The translations under genes were made by a program, and so were the position numbers. Shown here piece by piece: positions 11,240 to 23,253 of a DNA stretch of 35,137 nt. The notes beneath the pieces were generated by a model, which saw only the letters and a program-made list of their open reading frames with translations, had not been told where the DNA came from and searched no databases. Every line of letters begins with the position of its first letter. The stretch's first letter is position 1. Origin of the DNA: Diploschistes diacapsis (taxonomy: Eukaryota); the NCBI GenBank assembly GCA_023645945.1, contig JALAIB010000077.1, positions 1-35,137 of the forward strand. Direction: 5' to 3'.

Positions 11240-12815
11240 CTAACCCCTTTCGCTCCCTCTCAACCGCACGGCCTGGCCATACTTCTGCAGCTTCGTTATC
11301 AATGCATCTCCCTGCTTCACAACGTCATTGTACTGCTTGTTCTTGTCGTCTGGTCTATTCGTTTCAATAATGCCATGAACACGGTCAATGGTACAAGGAA
11401 TTCGATCTGCAGCAATGAATTTCGCAAGATCACTAGAAGATCCCGTTAGTAGAGCTAGTAGCGGTTGAAGTAGGGCTTACCGGTCCAAGAAGTCAACCGA
11501 AACGCCGAAAGCGTTAGCCATACTTTTGAGACCAACGACTCGGTAGCTCTGGAGAAGTTGTTGGTAACCGCGTAACCGCATTTCTCTTACAAACCAACCA
11601 CGATGTTCGTAGAGATAGCGGTCTAGACTCAAAAAGTTTTCCTCTACTGCTGCGAGAGCGAGAAAAAAATCTTGGTATTGGCCATTGTATAAGCTCCTTA
11701 CCAATCCGGCCAACGGTGTGAAATCGACTGGCGTCTCAGCATCCCCTTGCGTATCCCCAGACGAGCCTAATGTAGTGAGGTTGACAACCTTCGAAGAAGG
11801 TGTAGGCGTCGCTGAAGCACTGCCCGCCGGAGCGTCTGACATTTCCTCGTCACCAGCCCCTGGACCGGAAGATACAGCCCCCGTGAATGCAGCTAGCTTG
11901 TCCTCACCGGCTCCTAAGATGGCTTTGATTTCTGGTGCATCCACGACTTTCGACTTGAAATCTACTCTCTTTAGCGAAACTGAGCCTGCAAGCACTGCGT
12001 ATACCACTAGTGATGAGTAGCTGCAAAGTTCGTAGCTCGTGAATGTCGATAGACTGTCCAGGAGAAGCGGCGCAGCGAGATTGTACGAACGAGTTGTGAG
12101 CAGGTGCAGGCCTTGGTAGGCTTTGAGCCGATTCCGGCGATCCCAGTCACCTCCACTTTCTACGAGGGTCTTTGCTCTATCAACTTGCTTCTTGACTAAT
12201 ATCTTGTCCCCAAAAAATAGACCTATTCGTATTATCGCCAGCACCACATCGATTTTGGTTCCTAAAACGCCAGTCTTTTCTAATAACGCCTCATGCGCTG
12301 CGAGAGCTTTTTCCTAACGATAGTGAGCTGGGGTGTTATATATGGGAGTTGTTGCTGGTCACCTTATCACCAACCCTAGACCAGAACTCTGCGCGCTTTC
12401 CCCTAGCTGCCTGTATTTCAGTCTCTCCAGCCTTTTCCGCAGCCTCGTCCTCCTCTTTCTGGAAACTCTCTAATTCCTCCTCGTTTTCTTTCTTCAGCCG
12501 CTCGTATAGCTCCTCATCCCACGGTATCTGCACGCCAGCTGAGCCAGCTGTAATTCTTGAAATGCCGTTCGCCTGCTTTGCAGTCGGTGCTGCAGCTCTG
12601 CCAGCCGTACCTTCGCCGGCAAGGTTTAGTAGTCCTTCTGTTTTGTGAGCTAAATGCCGGTAAAGTGGCGCCATCTTGTGTTCTGAAATAGCATTTTGTA
12701 GCTTCTTGAGAGCATTCTGCTGCGAAACTTTCGTTGCTGCCGAATTCGTGAGGGTAAAGATATCTTGTGCGAGTGACAAGTCGGGGTATTTGGCATACAG
12801 AGGATCTGAGCCCAT
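11240..12815 (-). CDS. RPN7: 26S proteasome lid subunit Rpn7, 492 aa
   Basis: Exons 12815-12363, 12313-11481, 11432-11240. Motifs MAPLYRHL, GGDWDRRNRLKAYQG, LSTFTSYEL, REMRLRGYQQLLQSY and CTIDRVHGIIETNRPDDKN (PCI domain). Confidence 0.96.
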
Positions 12816-12986
12816 TGTGGATCACTGTTGAATGCGATAGATGAGATTAATGGCTCAAATGACGAAGGGAACGCTGTGATACTTCAAGAAGCTTCGCTAA
12901 CGAGGTACACTTATAAAGCCGATATGCCAGGTACAATTCTCGAGATGCAGGGATAAGTAAGCTGTATTATATCTTAGCATCTTGGC

Positions 12987-13082
12987 ATTTTTTCGGAAAT
13001 AATAATAACTTTTTTTATATTAATTTTAAAGCCTTTTTTAAAGCCTTTTTGTATCTAAAAATTAATTTTTATAATTATTTTA
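12987..13082. other. ~95-bp extremely AT-rich island with a tandem 12-mer in the RPN7/ABD1 divergent intergenic region
   Basis: Hand count gives about 9 G+C in 86 nt (12997-13082). TAAAGCCTTTTT is repeated in tandem at 13027-13038 and 13039-13050. Confidence 0.85.
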
Positions 13083-13300
13083 CTCGACATTTTGACAATC
13101 GACGCTTACGCCAAGAATGTTAAACGGATTCTATTAACTTTTGCAACGTACTATAGACGGGTTCACGTGCGCGGGAAATCAAATAAGGTTAGAGAGCTTT
13201 TGACTTAAGTGAACTCACTACTATAGCATCGTCAAGTGATTAGACCACTACTGCAGAACCATCTGAATTTGTGCTTTGCATCTGTTTCCTACTTCTAACC

Positions 13301-14704
13301 ATGGACCCAGCGATGAATCACACCAAAACAGAGAAACGGAAACGATCCCCTTCTCCTTCACCACCACGTCAAAGAAAACGACCAGGAGCTGCTTCACGTA
13401 TATCTGCCGCCGAAAAAGAAGCTCTCCAGAGAAGACAACTCGAGCGGGAGAAAGAGCAAGCCTTTGCCCTGCAACAAGCAGCAAAAGAGCGTGGCATTCA
13501 ACAGGGCGTCACAAGTTTCTACAACGAGCTGCGTCAACGAGACCGCGGCTGGCGGGCAACAGAGTCTAAGATCAAGAACCTGAGGTCCTACAACAATTGG
13601 GCGAAGAGTACCCTTATTCAACGATTCTCGCCTGATGGAAATCACGTGCCGGATGGTGGCGGAGATGGGTACGGAAGGGATGGACTGATGGTGTTAGACA
13701 TTGGATGCGGAAAAGGTGGGGATTTGCAAAAGTGGCAGAATGCGCCACAGCGCGTGGAGAGATACATTGGAGTTGATCCTGCCGAGGTTTCAATTGAGCA
13801 GGCAAGAGGCCGGTATGCTGAAATGAGGCAGCGGAATCGGCGGGCAATGAGGGCTGAGTTTCACGTCAAAGATGCCTTTGAAGATTGGCTGGGAGAGATC
13901 CCTTCCATCCGCGACATCGGCCACGATCCTAACGTTGGCCCTGAAGGAGGCGGAAATTCAAGATGGGGTGGTGGAAATTTCGATGTTGTGTCCATGATGT
14001 TTTGCATGCACTACGCTTTTGAGTCCGAGGCAAAAGCCAGGGGCATGCTACGGAACGTAGCTGGTGCTCTCAAGAAAGGCGGTCGCTTTTTAGGTGTGAT
14101 TCCTAACTCAGACGTCGTCCGTTCTAAGGTTCAAGAATTCTATAAGAACCAAGCTGCGAAGACTACCACTACAGAAACGAATGGCGAGTCGTCAAGGAAG
14201 GATAAGTCAAAAGATGAAAGAGAGAACGAAGACAAGCCAAAGGAAGTCGTGGCTTTAGAAGGCGAGTCGAAGAACGACCCCAAAACTGAAGAGTCGAGCG
14301 GCGTCCAAAGCAAGGCAGCGGATGACAGCAAAGGGGAAGCCTTGTCCCCAGAATGGGGCAATGATCTATACCGTTTACGGTTCCCAGGGAAAGTTTCAGA
14401 GGATGGTACTTTCAGGCCCCCATTCGGGTGGAAATACAATTACTTCTTGGAAGAAGCGGTTGAGGCGCCTGAATACATCGTTCCGTGGGAAGCATTCCGT
14501 GCCTTAGCTGAAGATTACAATCTGGAAATGCAGTACCGTAAGCCTCTACCTGAGATTTGGAACGAAGAAAAGGATGACCCGGTGCTCGGAAGCCTCAGTG
14601 TACGCATGAGAGTCACAGATCATGTGGGCGGAAAACTACAGCTCACATCCGCAGAGCTAGAGGCTGTAGGGCTATACCATGCCTTTTGCTTTTACAAAGT
14701 ATAG
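13301..14704 (+). CDS. ABD1: mRNA cap guanine-N7 methyltransferase, ~467 aa
   Basis: SKIKNLRSYNNWAKSTLI, SAM-binding VLDIGCGKGGDLQKW, FDVVSMMFCMHYAFESE, FGWKYNYFLEEAVEAPEYIVPW and YHAFCFYKV. First in-frame ATG is at 13301. Confidence 0.95.
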   Translation: MDPAMNHTKTEKRKRSPSPSPPRQRKRPGAASRISAAEKEALQRRQLEREKEQAFALQQAAKERGIQQGVTSFYNELRQRDRGWRATESKIKNLRSYNNWAKSTLIQRFSPDGNHVPDGGGDGYGRDGLMVLDIGCGKGGDLQKWQNAPQRVERYIGVDPAEVSIEQARGRYAEMRQRNRRAMRAEFHVKDAFEDWLGEIPSIRDIGHDPNVGPEGGGNSRWGGGNFDVVSMMFCMHYAFESEAKARGMLRNVAGALKKGGRFLGVIPNSDVVRSKVQEFYKNQAAKTTTTETNGESSRKDKSKDERENEDKPKEVVALEGESKNDPKTEESSGVQSKAADDSKGEALSPEWGNDLYRLRFPGKVSEDGTFRPPFGWKYNYFLEEAVEAPEYIVPWEAFRALAEDYNLEMQYRKPLPEIWNEEKDDPVLGSLSVRMRVTDHVGGKLQLTSAELEAVGLYHAFCFYKV

Positions 14705-16143
14705 CGTTCTGGCAAGACTAGTGAAGAGCTGATAACACTTCTAAGACATTATCCTGATTGCAGTTTCAAGGCTTTCCTGCTTTATGTGGCTTTAAAAACC
14801 TCATCTCAGCACGTCTTGAGCATCTTCCAAAGGGTCATGCCGGACTAAACACGATTAGAGCTTGCAACTACGCCACGCTTTATGCATGGTTTCTTCCAGA
14901 CATCCAAGATTCAACGCAAATTGCAGGCAGCATGGTAAAAGCCTGCCGGCTTATAAGATGAGAAGTAAGCAACTCTACATCATCGAACTACTAAGTATCA
15001 ACCACCCGGAAGAGCCTCAGTCAAGCCGGAAATGGTGTCTAAGCGAGTCTAAGTTTATGCATGCACAGAGGCACGCATAAATGGCGGGCTATGAGTTTCT
15101 TGTGAACTATGGAGGGAAGAGCAAGGGAATTTGGCAGCTTCAAGATGCCTATTCCCCTCACCCTCCTTACCCACCCAGCCCGGCATAGATGCATAAGGGA
15201 TTGTAGCCAAGTAGCCTTTTGGCAGCATGTGGTGTCCAGAGATAGGGTTACATCTGGTTTTGAATGGGTATATTGTTGGCTCATCATGGTGGTCTTATTG
15301 GGCGAATACTAAGCCGCCTAAAAACTCCTGGAGCTCTCGCGATATGCATTACTCTAGAACTGAAAGGTTAAAAAAATTTCGATCAATTGTCTGGTACAGC
15401 GAACAAGGTGCCTCATCCTGCTGTCTCGCCTTATGTCATGAATAACTTATATGGTCAAGTCTGATGGCGTCTCTGGCCCTACCGTATGGTGACTAACCAA
15501 GAGATTCCGGGAAAATTGTGAGTGTAGGAGTAGACGTTCAGTGCAATCTATATAATATCAAATTCCCGTGAAGAGCAAGGCTGTACCATTGCGGCATGCT
15601 AACGTATGGACCGCGATAGAGGCTGTGGTAAGCTCTCCATGACTCCCGTCATGATAGACCTCGAGCTCCATGTTGAACCATCGTTGGCCGCTTCGCTTTC
15701 TTGACTTGGATAGTGACTACCTAGTGACTTCTTAGCAGAAATATATTTACGAGCAGCACATTGGAAACTAGGTACTTGTAGCCTCAGCCTCATTCGGTCA
15801 ATGAAAGCTATGAGTCGCGCTGAGAAGTCTGAACGAAGTGACTTATTGATGCAATGTGCAGAGGTCTATCAACCTCCGTGAAGTAAGGAAGGTTTTTCAT
15901 TTCACCTGCACACCTCTCGTTCCTAGCTCTTTCAAATTCACCCTCCAATATGCGCCCTTCATAATCATTATTGTTATCGTTGCTCTCCCCAGCCGTGAAT
16001 CTTAAGCTTTCCTTCGCCCAAGCCTCCGCCAACGCCAGCTATGCGCCTCTATCGCCGTTCTATGTCCTCCTGACGTCCAATGGATGCGACCCACCAAGAG
16101 CCTAAATCCAAAAGAAGTTGAATGAGTCTATGGACGCAAGCGT

Positions 16144-17301
16144 ATGGTCTTGCAGTCTCTTACGGAGTACCTCCAACGGCTCGGCATGAAAGACTCCGAC
16201 GTCAGCATATATGCTAGCAAGCTGCGCGAATCGAACTACTCCAGCGTCCCTACGCTCGCTAAGGCAACTCCGGAGAAGGATGGACGTCAGGCGTCACTGG
16301 CATTGGTGGAATCCGCGGCCTCGACGCACGTTTCCCGCTGCTATTGAGTAAAAGGCCGGAGGCATCCTTCAAAGTCTAACCTACCTTGTGGGACACTCTG
16401 GGGAAACTTCCCAACCTTCAATCTTACCCCTCGCGGATTTCATATAGTGGATGAGGTAGTCCCAGGCCTGGCAGCTCGGGCTCAACCGATTCGGATCGAA
16501 CATCACTCAGTATGTTGAGTCCACGATGGATATATTCAAAGATGTTGAAGTAAAGGCCCGTGCTGGCTTCAATGTAAGCTTGTCACACTTCTTCGCTCGC
16601 ATAAGCGGGTATGAATTCATCCCTGGTGCCCGCGGCGGCGCCGAAACGACGTACTCGAGCGTTCTTGACCTCCCCAGCTTTCAAAAGCACTCCATGCCAA
16701 TGCCTATGGGTTTAGCGAAGTCACCCAGGCCAACACAGAGTTCTTTGGTCTGAAGGCACCAGCCACCAAAGGGTCTGTTAATCTTTATGATTACCTCATT
16801 CAAATTCGGATCGTGGTCTGGCTCCAGGGGCTTGACGCCGATGAAATAGCTTGGCACTCGCCTAATTGACGGCAAACCACTCGATAGCAGCAGCGCATGC
16901 GTGATTGCGAGCGCTACGTCGGCCCAAAGTTTCTAGTCGATTGAGGGCTACAGTAACGGCACCCTCGGACCATTCTCCAAACGCTCGACGAATACTAATA
17001 GAACAACAATACATCGATCTTGGTTGTCGAAGAGAGCGATGTCGCTCCAGCCGATCCCATCCAGGAGGTGGATTTACTACTCCAAACCTTCGAACAACTT
17101 GACTTCAACGCTTCGAGCGCGACATATGTACCACGGCCGAATCACTTCCACAAGTCTTCAAAGGCGGACTCTAGCCCAAGAAAGGACCTCACCCTTGTTG
17201 ACGCCACCGAGACTGGACATGCCGTAGACGAGAGTAAACCGAAGCCGACAGATTCATACTCGGCTTTGAATCGGGGCTTCAGTTTGCGCAGTGGGATATG
17301 A
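16144..17301 (+). pseudogene. Probable degenerate gene of unknown family
   Basis: Successive protein-like fragments in different + frames: MVLQSLTEYLQRLGMKDSDVSIYASKLRESNYSSVPTLAKATPE (16144-), MDIFKDVEVKARAGFNVSLSHFF (16526-), ALHANAYGFSEVTQANTEFFGLKAP...IRIVVWLQG (16687-16869), VVEESDVAPADPIQEVDLLLQTFEQLDF (17020-). No continuous ORF or convincing splice model found. Confidence 0.35.
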
Positions 17302-17756
17302 CGAACTCTTCTAGTACAGGCGGGTGAATCTTCGAGATCGGCTTTGGTTCTTTTCATCCATGTCATTAATAGATAGATCCTCGAGTGCTTTGCTCAGTTG
17401 GCTGATTTTGAGAGATCAGTATAAGATTTCGGGATATTAAAGACGTATCTCGGGCTCGAGTCGTCAAACACCACTGGCTATTGTTATCAAGTCGAAGCTC
17501 AAGAAGAACAAAATGCCGAACTCGAGAGTAATCGCTGATCGAAGAATCTGAGAAGAGTAAGAGCTTCCATAGAGACTGGACCGACATCAAAACGAAAAAG
17601 AGTCAAAGGTCATAGCAGCATTAATGTTGTGGTGACGCACTGATATAAAAAGGGCTTGTGAAACTGGATTCGACCACTTGAAAAAAGGTGGGAGTCAAAA
17701 TGTTCATTACCTCCTTTCCCTTGCCTATGCGTAATCCCGGGAGACCCTCGCGCTCA

Positions 17757-18730
17757 TCACCTTGCCATCCAACCTCCATCCACCGTAAGTATCTCTCCAG
17801 TCACATAAGCCGCAGCTTTGCTTGCAAGAAACACCACCGGACCCATGAAGTCTTCCGGCTTGCCCCATCGTCCGGCAGGTATCCTTGCTAGGATGGAAGC
17901 TGCTCTGTCCTTGTCCTCCATCAACGCGGTGTTCATATCTGTAGCAACGTAACCCGGAGCAATGGCATTGACGTTGATCCCTTGGCCTGCCCATTGATTC
18001 GAAAGCGCCTTCGTCAACTGGCTGACGCCACCCTTGGAAGCTGCGTACGCGGCAACGTTTATGCCACCTTGGAAGGAGAGGAGGGATGCGATATTGATGA
18101 TGGAGCCGCGACGGCCTGAGGAGTCTATAGGCTCACAGGAGAGCATGTGCGCGCCGACGTCGCGACAAAGTGTGAATGTAGTGGTTAGGTTTACTTGGAG
18201 GACCTAAACGACCGAGATTAGCGTAGGGAAGAGTAGCTGTCGCAGGCTGAGCAGCGATAGAGATCCTGAAGACTATGAGCCGAAGGACATACTTCGTCCC
18301 AGTCTGCGCTTGGGAAAACATGACTGGGATGCCTCCTCTGAATGCCAGCGCAATTGACAAGGATATGTATTCGATGACCGCCTTTCAGCACGTGAGGGAT
18401 TAATTCTTGTGTCTCGCCCGTGGAAGAAAGATCAGCTGTATATATTAATACTCGGCGATTAAAGCGCTGCTCGATCTGCGACTTGGTTTCCCTGTTGCTC
18501 TCGTTTCGCTATGGATGCTGTAAATCTCCGCCCCGACCTAGACGTTTATAGACGTAGCATCGTACTTGGATTAAAATAATGTCTGCTCCAGCCTCTGCTA
18601 GTGCGAAAGCCTAGAAATTGTTAAAGTGGTAGAAAGTACTCCTAACCGGAGCTAATCATACCATTGACTGTCCGATTCCTCGTGTGCCTCCCGTAACCAT
18701 AGCAGTCTGCCCTTCGAGAGAAAACAGCAT
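17757..18730 (-). CDS. Short-chain dehydrogenase/reductase, 2-deoxy-D-gluconate 3-dehydrogenase (KduD-like), 258 aa
   Basis: Exons 18730-18662, 18610-18566, 18508-18293, 18203-17757 (777 nt). Motifs [29 protein letters not shown], catalytic [17 protein letters not shown] and VDGGWMAR. Confidence 0.9.
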
Positions 18731-19253
18731 TTTGTGCAATGATTGCAAAGCTCGTATTCACTTGATGATATCTGACTTTTTTGGGCTTCTCACAGCGTTT
18801 GCTGGAGGTAGACTGAAGGGACGAAGTTGAGGAAGGGGTTTTTTGATAAAAATACTGCCTTCGGACCTGCTGCTCCAGGATGGGCCAGTCCCATTTATCC
18901 GGTTGACTTTTAACTGGTATTTACATAAATAATTCCTATTGTCGGAAGTCAAGTAAAACAATTTGTTCAGATTCGGCGACGGCCACGATTTGAAAATTGT
19001 TCCTATGCTACAGTATGAAACTGACAGTATTCTGCAAGTTCGAGTCATGTACTCCCCAGAGCATTCTGGATTAGATATCGATTGTACCTTGCAAAATATC
19101 GAGCGTCAGATATAAGCCAGGATTAACCGATTCTCAGAGCCACGATCCTTATACTGGCCCTTTTGCGCCAATTTTTGCTGTTTCAGCATCCTCAGCATAG
19201 GGACCAGCACTGTCTAGACTCCGCTTCTTGTCGCTAAAGATAGCATAGACACA

Positions 19254-20176
19254 TCAAGCCGTCTTTCGCCACTGCGCAAGAAGTCCGAGAAAGCTGCTCG
19301 TCGTACCAGCAAGGCCAACAATGCCCTCGTCGAAGTTGATAAAGTTCAGAGCCGCAACAGGTATCACCAGATCACAAAGATCAGAAGTAAGCTGCACCTG
19401 GGCAGTAGTGCGTTCCCTAAATGACAAATTAGTGTCTGACCGTAGGGCCAGGATGTTTGGCCCAAGCTTACCTCTCCAGCTTCTTACCCTCTACAACGCC
19501 TTCGCCCTCCTTCTTGTTGATCTTCTCCTCTCTCTGCTTCAATTGCCACAGACTGTAGAAGCCCGCAATGGCGTTGAATATTAAACCTATCATCCATGCC
19601 CTGTAGGCCTCCTTTTGGAGTCTTTGCGCATTAGCTGAAGGCCGGATGCCCGTTTGATTTAGCTACTCTTTCTATCAGCCAATTCCTATCTTCTGTATAA
19701 GGGCAATTGGTTGATGAAAACGTCAAACGTACGAAAACCCCGATATCTAAAGTCAAATAAATCCCATAACTCAGCTGGCGCGCAATGGCACAATACCTCA
19801 ACACAGGATCCATGCCTTTCGCGTCCGCCGCCACCGCGGCGGCTTTGAAGTGCTCAACGTTCTTGCCGACCCGCATCCCCCGGCGGATCAGTGAGAAGCT
19901 CTTCTTGACGGCCTCCCATGGCGCGATGTTCTTTGTGAGCGCGTTCGTGCGGAACAGGTACCAGGAGTAGAAGCGCGCAAAGTATTGGAGCGTTCGGAGA
20001 ACTTTGTCACGGCCAACTGTTGACAAAAAAAAGACTGTTAGCATCCGTTTCGCAAGGGAAAAGAACCAGATCAATGGAGTGGTCGCTTGCAAATGGAATA
20101 TAAACGTACCGCTGGTGGCGACAAAACGTAAGTAGTGCGCGACAGTCGGGTGGTATACAACGGCGTCGGCAACCAT
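19254..20176 (-). CDS. PEX11: Peroxisomal biogenesis factor 11, 234 aa
   Basis: Exons 20176-20110, 20016-19733, 19662-19472, 19416-19254 (705 nt). MVADAVVYHPTVAHYLRFVAT, GRDKVLRTLQYFARF, MRVGKNVEH, SDLCDL, DEGIVGLAGTTSS and the QWRKTA* end. Confidence 0.95.
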
Positions 20177-20515
20177 GTTGATGGCTGTTGATGTTGTTCG
20201 CTTCTCTGACAGTGATGCAGATGGTTGTTGCACATAAGACGAAGCGTCTCGAAAGTCGTTCAGACAAGCAGGAGCGCTTTCAGATGCCGCTCCCCTCGAG
20301 CTGTAGGAGTCCTAGAACAACTGCCGAGGCATGTGACGATACCAGTAAGTTTTTTTTTATAGGGAATTTCCCCCTTTTCTACAACGCTTACTGCATACAG
20401 TAGGGCTCATAGCAGGTTTGAATTCTCTTGTACCTCCAGAGCTCATTCAACAAGATATCATGCAGATCACTTAAATCATACCTTAAAGCACTTCATAGGG
20501 TATCATAATCAATAT

Positions 20516-22746
20516 TTACATCCTCCGAAAGACATTTCCACTCGCGCTCCTCCTTCCCTTGCCTTCATGTCGAGACCTTGTGGTTTCAACAGGTGTCCTT
20601 GCTTTACCTTTCTTCTCGGGAGCAAAAGTGATCTCTCGCTCACCCACAACACTTCGAAATTGAGCCTTCTCTTTCTTCGGCTTCATGGCTCTCGAACCAA
20701 ATGATCGGTCACGGTCTGAATTTCCCTTCACGCGGGATACCACTTTCATCTGCGGTTGGAGAGGTCGTTTCTTGTACTTTTTATATGAAATTGTAGAAGG
20801 CTGGTCTTGACTGAGAGTCGCTTTCGAGGGAATGTGGTTGTGACGGTTCTCATCTTCTTCATCTTCGCTATTCGTATCGCTCGAACCCGGCAGCTCATCC
20901 ATCATCTCTTTCTCGACGGCTGTAAGTCCTTTTTCGCCATTCTTATTCGGTTGAATGACTGTACTCGGGTTGAGCGCCTTGAATGCGTCAGACGTTTCAT
21001 CAATGGCAAATTCTTCGTCCTGGAAAAGCTTCGCAAACCGAGGATCGTTGAGTAGTCCTCCATTTTCGGCTAAAGGTTTATGGCCCACCGATAGTTTTTC
21101 AGCTTCACTCTTTTCTTCACCCCCACCAATTTGCAGCACACGCAGCGCACGCCTTCTTTCCATCCTATCCTGTCTATCCAACAGCTTCTCGGCCAACCTT
21201 CTGTTTACCTTCGCTGCGACCTTCTTGTTACCTCTAATCCTACTTTCACGCTCATTTTCAATCTTCTCTTTCACTCTTTTCGCCCGCTGTTCCTCCCAGA
21301 TAAAGGGATCTGCGATAAGCTTGGCCTCCTCATAGAGTCTTTGAGCTACAAAGTAGCCATGCATGTAAGGCCGAAGTAGAGAGGTTGTCCCGATCAAATG
21401 CGATAGATTCAATGCTTCTAGCTGTGGCACGGTGAGAAACTTATAGTTATCGTATACCTCTCCTACACCATGCTTCGTAAATGCATTTGGGTCATTAGGG
21501 TCTTCAGCCATTTCCTCCACCAGATTATCCAGAAAAGTGCACCATCGCGGTGCAGGACCAAGTTGCGGGATGAAAAATGAGTGTTGCTGTCGGCCCTCAT
21601 TTGCTGTGAGCAACATGCCAGAATTTTTGCACCAGGCGACACTATGCAAGTCAACTGCTGGCTCAACCGAAGTCCACGGATCACCACTTCGTGAATCCCA
21701 GATTTTAATGATACGCCTGTCTGACGTTAGAACCTTCGAATCAACGGACTGGCTCCGCGACTCTGTAGTGGCATCCAGAAAGATTATATCTTGTATGGGG
21801 AATCCGTATCCTTGGTCCTTTTTCAAAAGTGGCACTGGTGACCGCAAATCGTAGATATGCGTCAAGCCAAGAGACGAGCCAGTCCCAAACGTCAAGCCTG
21901 ACCGGTGGAATTGCAGTGCAGTGACTCCTTGAATACCGTCGAACGTGTCATTCTGCCATGGCGGATGGAGTAAGCCTGCGTGGTTACGTGTACGGGGGTC
22001 CCAAAATTCAACGGTGCCCATTGACGTACCAACTGCAAGCAGATTATGGCTTTCTTCCGCAATGGCGGCGCAATTGGCACTGCCTATCTGGGCACCTCCC
22101 TGCAAAGCTTTCCCGTTGGCAGATGTTGTGTCGTTTCCGCCTACGTTGATCTCATAGCTGCGCATGAATCGGCCAAGTTCAAGATTGAGCCGAAAAACCT
22201 CACCGTTGCCTTTCTCATTGACACCCACAGATGGTACAAGAACTTCTGTTGAACGTTTATCAAAAATTAGGTCTCTGCCATATCTTGGCAGGCGCATTGT
22301 ATAGTGGCATCCCTGTGGAGTATGGAACTCTACAGATCTGTCCGATTGGAGATGCACAGACTTAGTATAGTCCGTGGAAAGTAGCTGAAAAGTTGTGTTG
22401 AGTGACGGGGTATGCCGCGCAAAGGAAAGGGAAAGATGCGGTAGGTAATGCGTATGGATCTGGGGTTTGTATGTTCCTGCCTTCCTCCTCAGTTGGACAT
22501 ACATCTAGAAGCTGACTCTATAGGCTAACCGGTACTCATTACCCAGTCACCATCGTCGCTAACGCGTATGCACTGGCTCGCCTCCTCGAATTCGAAATCC
22601 TGAAGCAGCTCGATCCGGCTAGCATACTCGGGATCTCTCTTGAGACTTCTTTTTCTCTTCCTCGCGAGCCATTCGGGGAGAGGTCGAGCAGTGGAAGATC
22701 CAGATATGGTGTATACCGGTATCGCTGAGTGGTTCGTCAACTTCAT
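20516..22746 (-). CDS. ENP2: Ribosome biogenesis protein Enp2/NOL10 (WD40 + NUC153), 725 aa
   Basis: Exons 22746-22530 and 22476-20516. Motifs RIELLQDFEF, TGTYKPQI, LQSDRSVEFH, IPQLGPAPRWCTFLDNLVEEM, YDNYKFLT, LRPYMHGYF and DPRFAKLFQDEEFAIDE. Confidence 0.95.
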
Positions 22747-23253
22747 AGCTTCGCAAGCCTCAACTGGTACTGGTGAAGGAACTGTTCAGATGTTCAGTTT
22801 GATTAGGTATGGGAAGATTTTCGGCCGGAGATAAGAAGTTGTAGGCATCTATCTCCAGTAGAACAAGTAAGCAATATAGCGCTTGTGGCGGTTCCGCCCA
22901 TCAAAGATAACTTCGCCAAACCCTGAAGGCCAGCCGACTTCTATGCTGATCTGATCAGAATGAAAAACGAGATCATCGGATGACTTTGTATCTGTCCTAT
23001 CATCAGTTCAACCATGCATGTTGAACTCCAGCCTTCGCAGGGGTCTACTCTATACGTCTATGAGCTATTATTGCCCTGACATTTCTTTGCGCTTCAGAAC
23101 TCTCGGAGATGTACACCCAAAGACATTCATGCTAGCTGGAAATTTATATGCCACAAACGATGCTCGGATTACGTGGTATCACCTTGGTCCAGATGGAATC
23201 GACTACCAGCTCATTTGATTCTAATATCCATCCCCATCCAACCTGTCCAAGAC

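Noticed and set aside
11720..11900. Gly/Ser/Ala-rich insertion in RPN7 as an intron or intein
   Set aside because: In frame, with no intein motifs or convincing splice signals. It resembles the low-complexity insert I recall in filamentous-ascomycete Rpn7.
17757..18730. KduD-like SDR as a recent bacterial horizontal transfer
   Set aside because: It has three canonical introns and host-like composition, and this SDR type is to my knowledge widespread in ascomycetes.
22815..22840. GATAAG and AT-tract upstream of ENP2 as a ribosome-biogenesis promoter element
   Set aside because: A single hexamer that also occurs elsewhere (e.g. 12952) cannot be distinguished from chance without comparative data.
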